64,000 nt of DNA, taken from positions 87,074 to 151,073 of IMG/VR virus record IMGVR_UViG_2974725113_000001; one strand, 5' to 3'. Positions 62,812 through 64,000 of this stretch are shown here, one piece after another. The translations under genes and the position numbers were made by a program. The DNA is from Oliverocinquevirus OLIVR5 (lineage: Duplodnaviria; Heunggongvirae; Uroviricota; Caudoviricetes). The stretch's first letter is position 1. The number at the start of each line of letters is the position of its first letter. The notes beneath the pieces are model-generated. The model was not told the DNA's origin, searched no databases, and saw only the letters and a list, made by a program, of their open reading frames with translations.

Positions 62812-62883
62812 ATGGACCCATCGAATTAATTTTCGTTTGGGTCCATTTTAGGGGTTTACAAGCTTTAAGTTCGTGTGTATGGT
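62812..62883 (+). promoter_or_regulatory. PeSL-like element (hairpin ATGGACCCA...TTAATT...TGGGTCCAT, then TTTTAGGGGTTTACA-N17-TATGGT)
   Basis: Hairpin at 62812..62846; -35 at 62855..62860; -10 at 62878..62883. Confidence 0.5.
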
Positions 62884-62910
62884 CACCTTAAATCAAACGG
62901 AGTCAAAAAA

Positions 62911-63252
62911 ATGTCTACGATCTCTATCGAAAGAATTAATGAAGCGAAATTCGGAGATGTCCGGAGATTTGATCGGGTTCATACCGACCGTATCACTCTC
63001 GACATCGAATTCTACGAATGGGATTTCATCTGCGTCAAGACGATCGGAGACAAGACTCAGGTCATTCGGAATGTTCGAATTCCTGTAACGGAGCTCTGGG
63101 AGTCCATCGACGTTTTCTCTCGCCCGTCGAAAGCCATCCTCAAAGACGGCACATTCGTATGGGTGATGAGAGCCAGACTCGATCCTGAAACCGGGAAGTA
63201 CAAAGAACTCATCGCCGGAAACTCTTCAGAATTTGTAATCGCACGGAGATAG
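62911..63252 (+). CDS. hypothetical protein
   Basis: In-frame ATG with GGAG RBS; the track start is 62875. Confidence 0.4.
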   Translation: MSTISIERINEAKFGDVRRFDRVHTDRITLDIEFYEWDFICVKTIGDKTQVIRNVRIPVTELWESIDVFSRPSKAILKDGTFVWVMRARLDPETGKYKELIAGNSSEFVIARR

Positions 63253-63254
63253 AA

Positions 63255-63500
63255 ATGCACGGCACTAGCCACAATATCCTTAAAGCTCTTATAGCGTTAG
63301 GAGAAATCAAACTCACAGGAAAGATCGATGGTTATGTGATGTCTATCGAGATGGATGCCACCGCTATCCCTGTGGTCATGCGCCTCAAGACCTTCGGCGA
63401 AACAGAGACGAAGCGTTTCATGAAGATGACCGGAGCTGTCGATTGGCTCAAGGAAAATTTCACCGATATAAAAATCCTCGAAGTGGAGAAACTCGTATGA
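63255..63500 (+). CDS. hypothetical small protein
   Basis: 81-aa ORF. Confidence 0.4.
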   Translation: MHGTSHNILKALIALGEIKLTGKIDGYVMSIEMDATAIPVVMRLKTFGETETKRFMKMTGAVDWLKENFTDIKILEVEKLV

Positions 63501-63976
63501 CTTTCAAAATCTATCTCGATCCTCAGACCTGGGAAGAAGTTCTGGAAAACCGGAAGAACTGGGCAGCTTTCCTCCAATCTGGAGTCAAGAAGAGGAAGCA
63601 TGTTCTCGACGACGGAGAAGGAAATCGTTGCTGCATAGGACACGGATGCTTCATTGCAGAAGGCCTGGAAAGACACGACGCAGGAATACAGGACATCGAT
63701 GGCGCTCGAATATCTTATAACGGGTTCTCGTATTCTGCTCCAGAGTCTTTCGTCTTCGCTCTCCAGATGCGATCTGCTGGTGGCGATTTCGATGATTCCT
63801 TTAAAGTTGAGGAGAAGTTCGTTAATGAAAGGTCTGAAGTCAGCACTCTGGCAGCACTCAACGATTACACTTTAATGGAATCGAGCGATATCGGAGCTCT
63901 CATCGAAAAGATGATTGAAGGTGGTCCAGGAACTCCATTTCACGCAAAAGATCATTTCACAAAGATCGTCGGATGA
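63497..63976 (+). CDS. hypothetical protein
   Basis: In-frame ATG overlapping the upstream stop (ATGA); the track ORF starts at 63443. Confidence 0.4.
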   Translation: MTFKIYLDPQTWEEVLENRKNWAAFLQSGVKKRKHVLDDGEGNRCCIGHGCFIAEGLERHDAGIQDIDGARISYNGFSYSAPESFVFALQMRSAGGDFDDSFKVEEKFVNERSEVSTLAALNDYTLMESSDIGALIEKMIEGGPGTPFHAKDHFTKIVG

Positions 63977-64000
63977 GTTATAGTCATCTGATCTGATAAG

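Overview
This window is a gene-dense segment of a T4-like (Tevenvirinae-related but divergent) tailed-phage genome. Most calls rest on motif-level matches I recognise from memory; nothing here has been run against a database. Coding runs on both strands, with many 4-nt ATGA or TTGA start/stop overlaps. Several ORF-track starts are TTG or GTG; where an in-frame ATG with a Shine-Dalgarno sits just downstream, I used that instead.

Recognisable modules:
- Nucleotide metabolism: NrdB and NrdA (class I ribonucleotide reductase), a glutaredoxin, an HD-domain YfbR-like nucleotidase, a dNMP kinase, a MazG-like NTP pyrophosphohydrolase and a thymidylate-synthase-family enzyme. The last carries Asp at the pyrimidine-discriminating position, which points to dCMP hydroxymethylase and a probable 5-hydroxymethylcytosine DNA pathway.
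- Replication, recombination and repair: gp32-like ssDNA-binding protein, gp61-like primase, UvsX, gp41-like DnaB helicase, RNase H/FEN, DenV (pyrimidine-dimer glycosylase), a RuvC-like resolvase and a DinG/XPD-like Fe-S helicase.
- Morphogenesis in T4 gene order: tail sheath, tail tube, portal, small prohead protein, prohead protease, acidic-repeat scaffold, major capsid protein. Also a gp27-like baseplate hub, a gp5-like spike carrying a CHAP peptidase domain, and a minus-strand cluster with a tail-tube-family protein and a tape-measure-like protein.
- Lysis and membrane: an i-spanin/o-spanin pair, and a small two-TM protein translationally coupled to an SPFH/band-7 lipoprotein.
- At least six homing endonucleases: three paralogous GIY-YIG genes, one frameshifted GIY-YIG remnant and two HNH genes.
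- A phage-encoded SpoT/Mesh1-like (p)ppGpp hydrolase.

Non-coding structure is rich:
- A T4-early-like promoter family (TTTACA, 17-nt spacer with conserved AGGNNTTAAG, TAnnnn -10).
- A late-promoter-like motif TAAAATAA(A)T upstream of sheath, portal, capsid and baseplate genes; two copies sit 6 nt from an ATG with no Shine-Dalgarno.
- At least five dispersed PeSL-like cassettes: a hairpin with a TTAATT loop, then GAGGGGATTTAG, then an early promoter.
- C(UUCG)G tetraloop hairpins.
- A roughly 400-bp structured intergenic region.

No rRNA, tRNA or CRISPR array was found.
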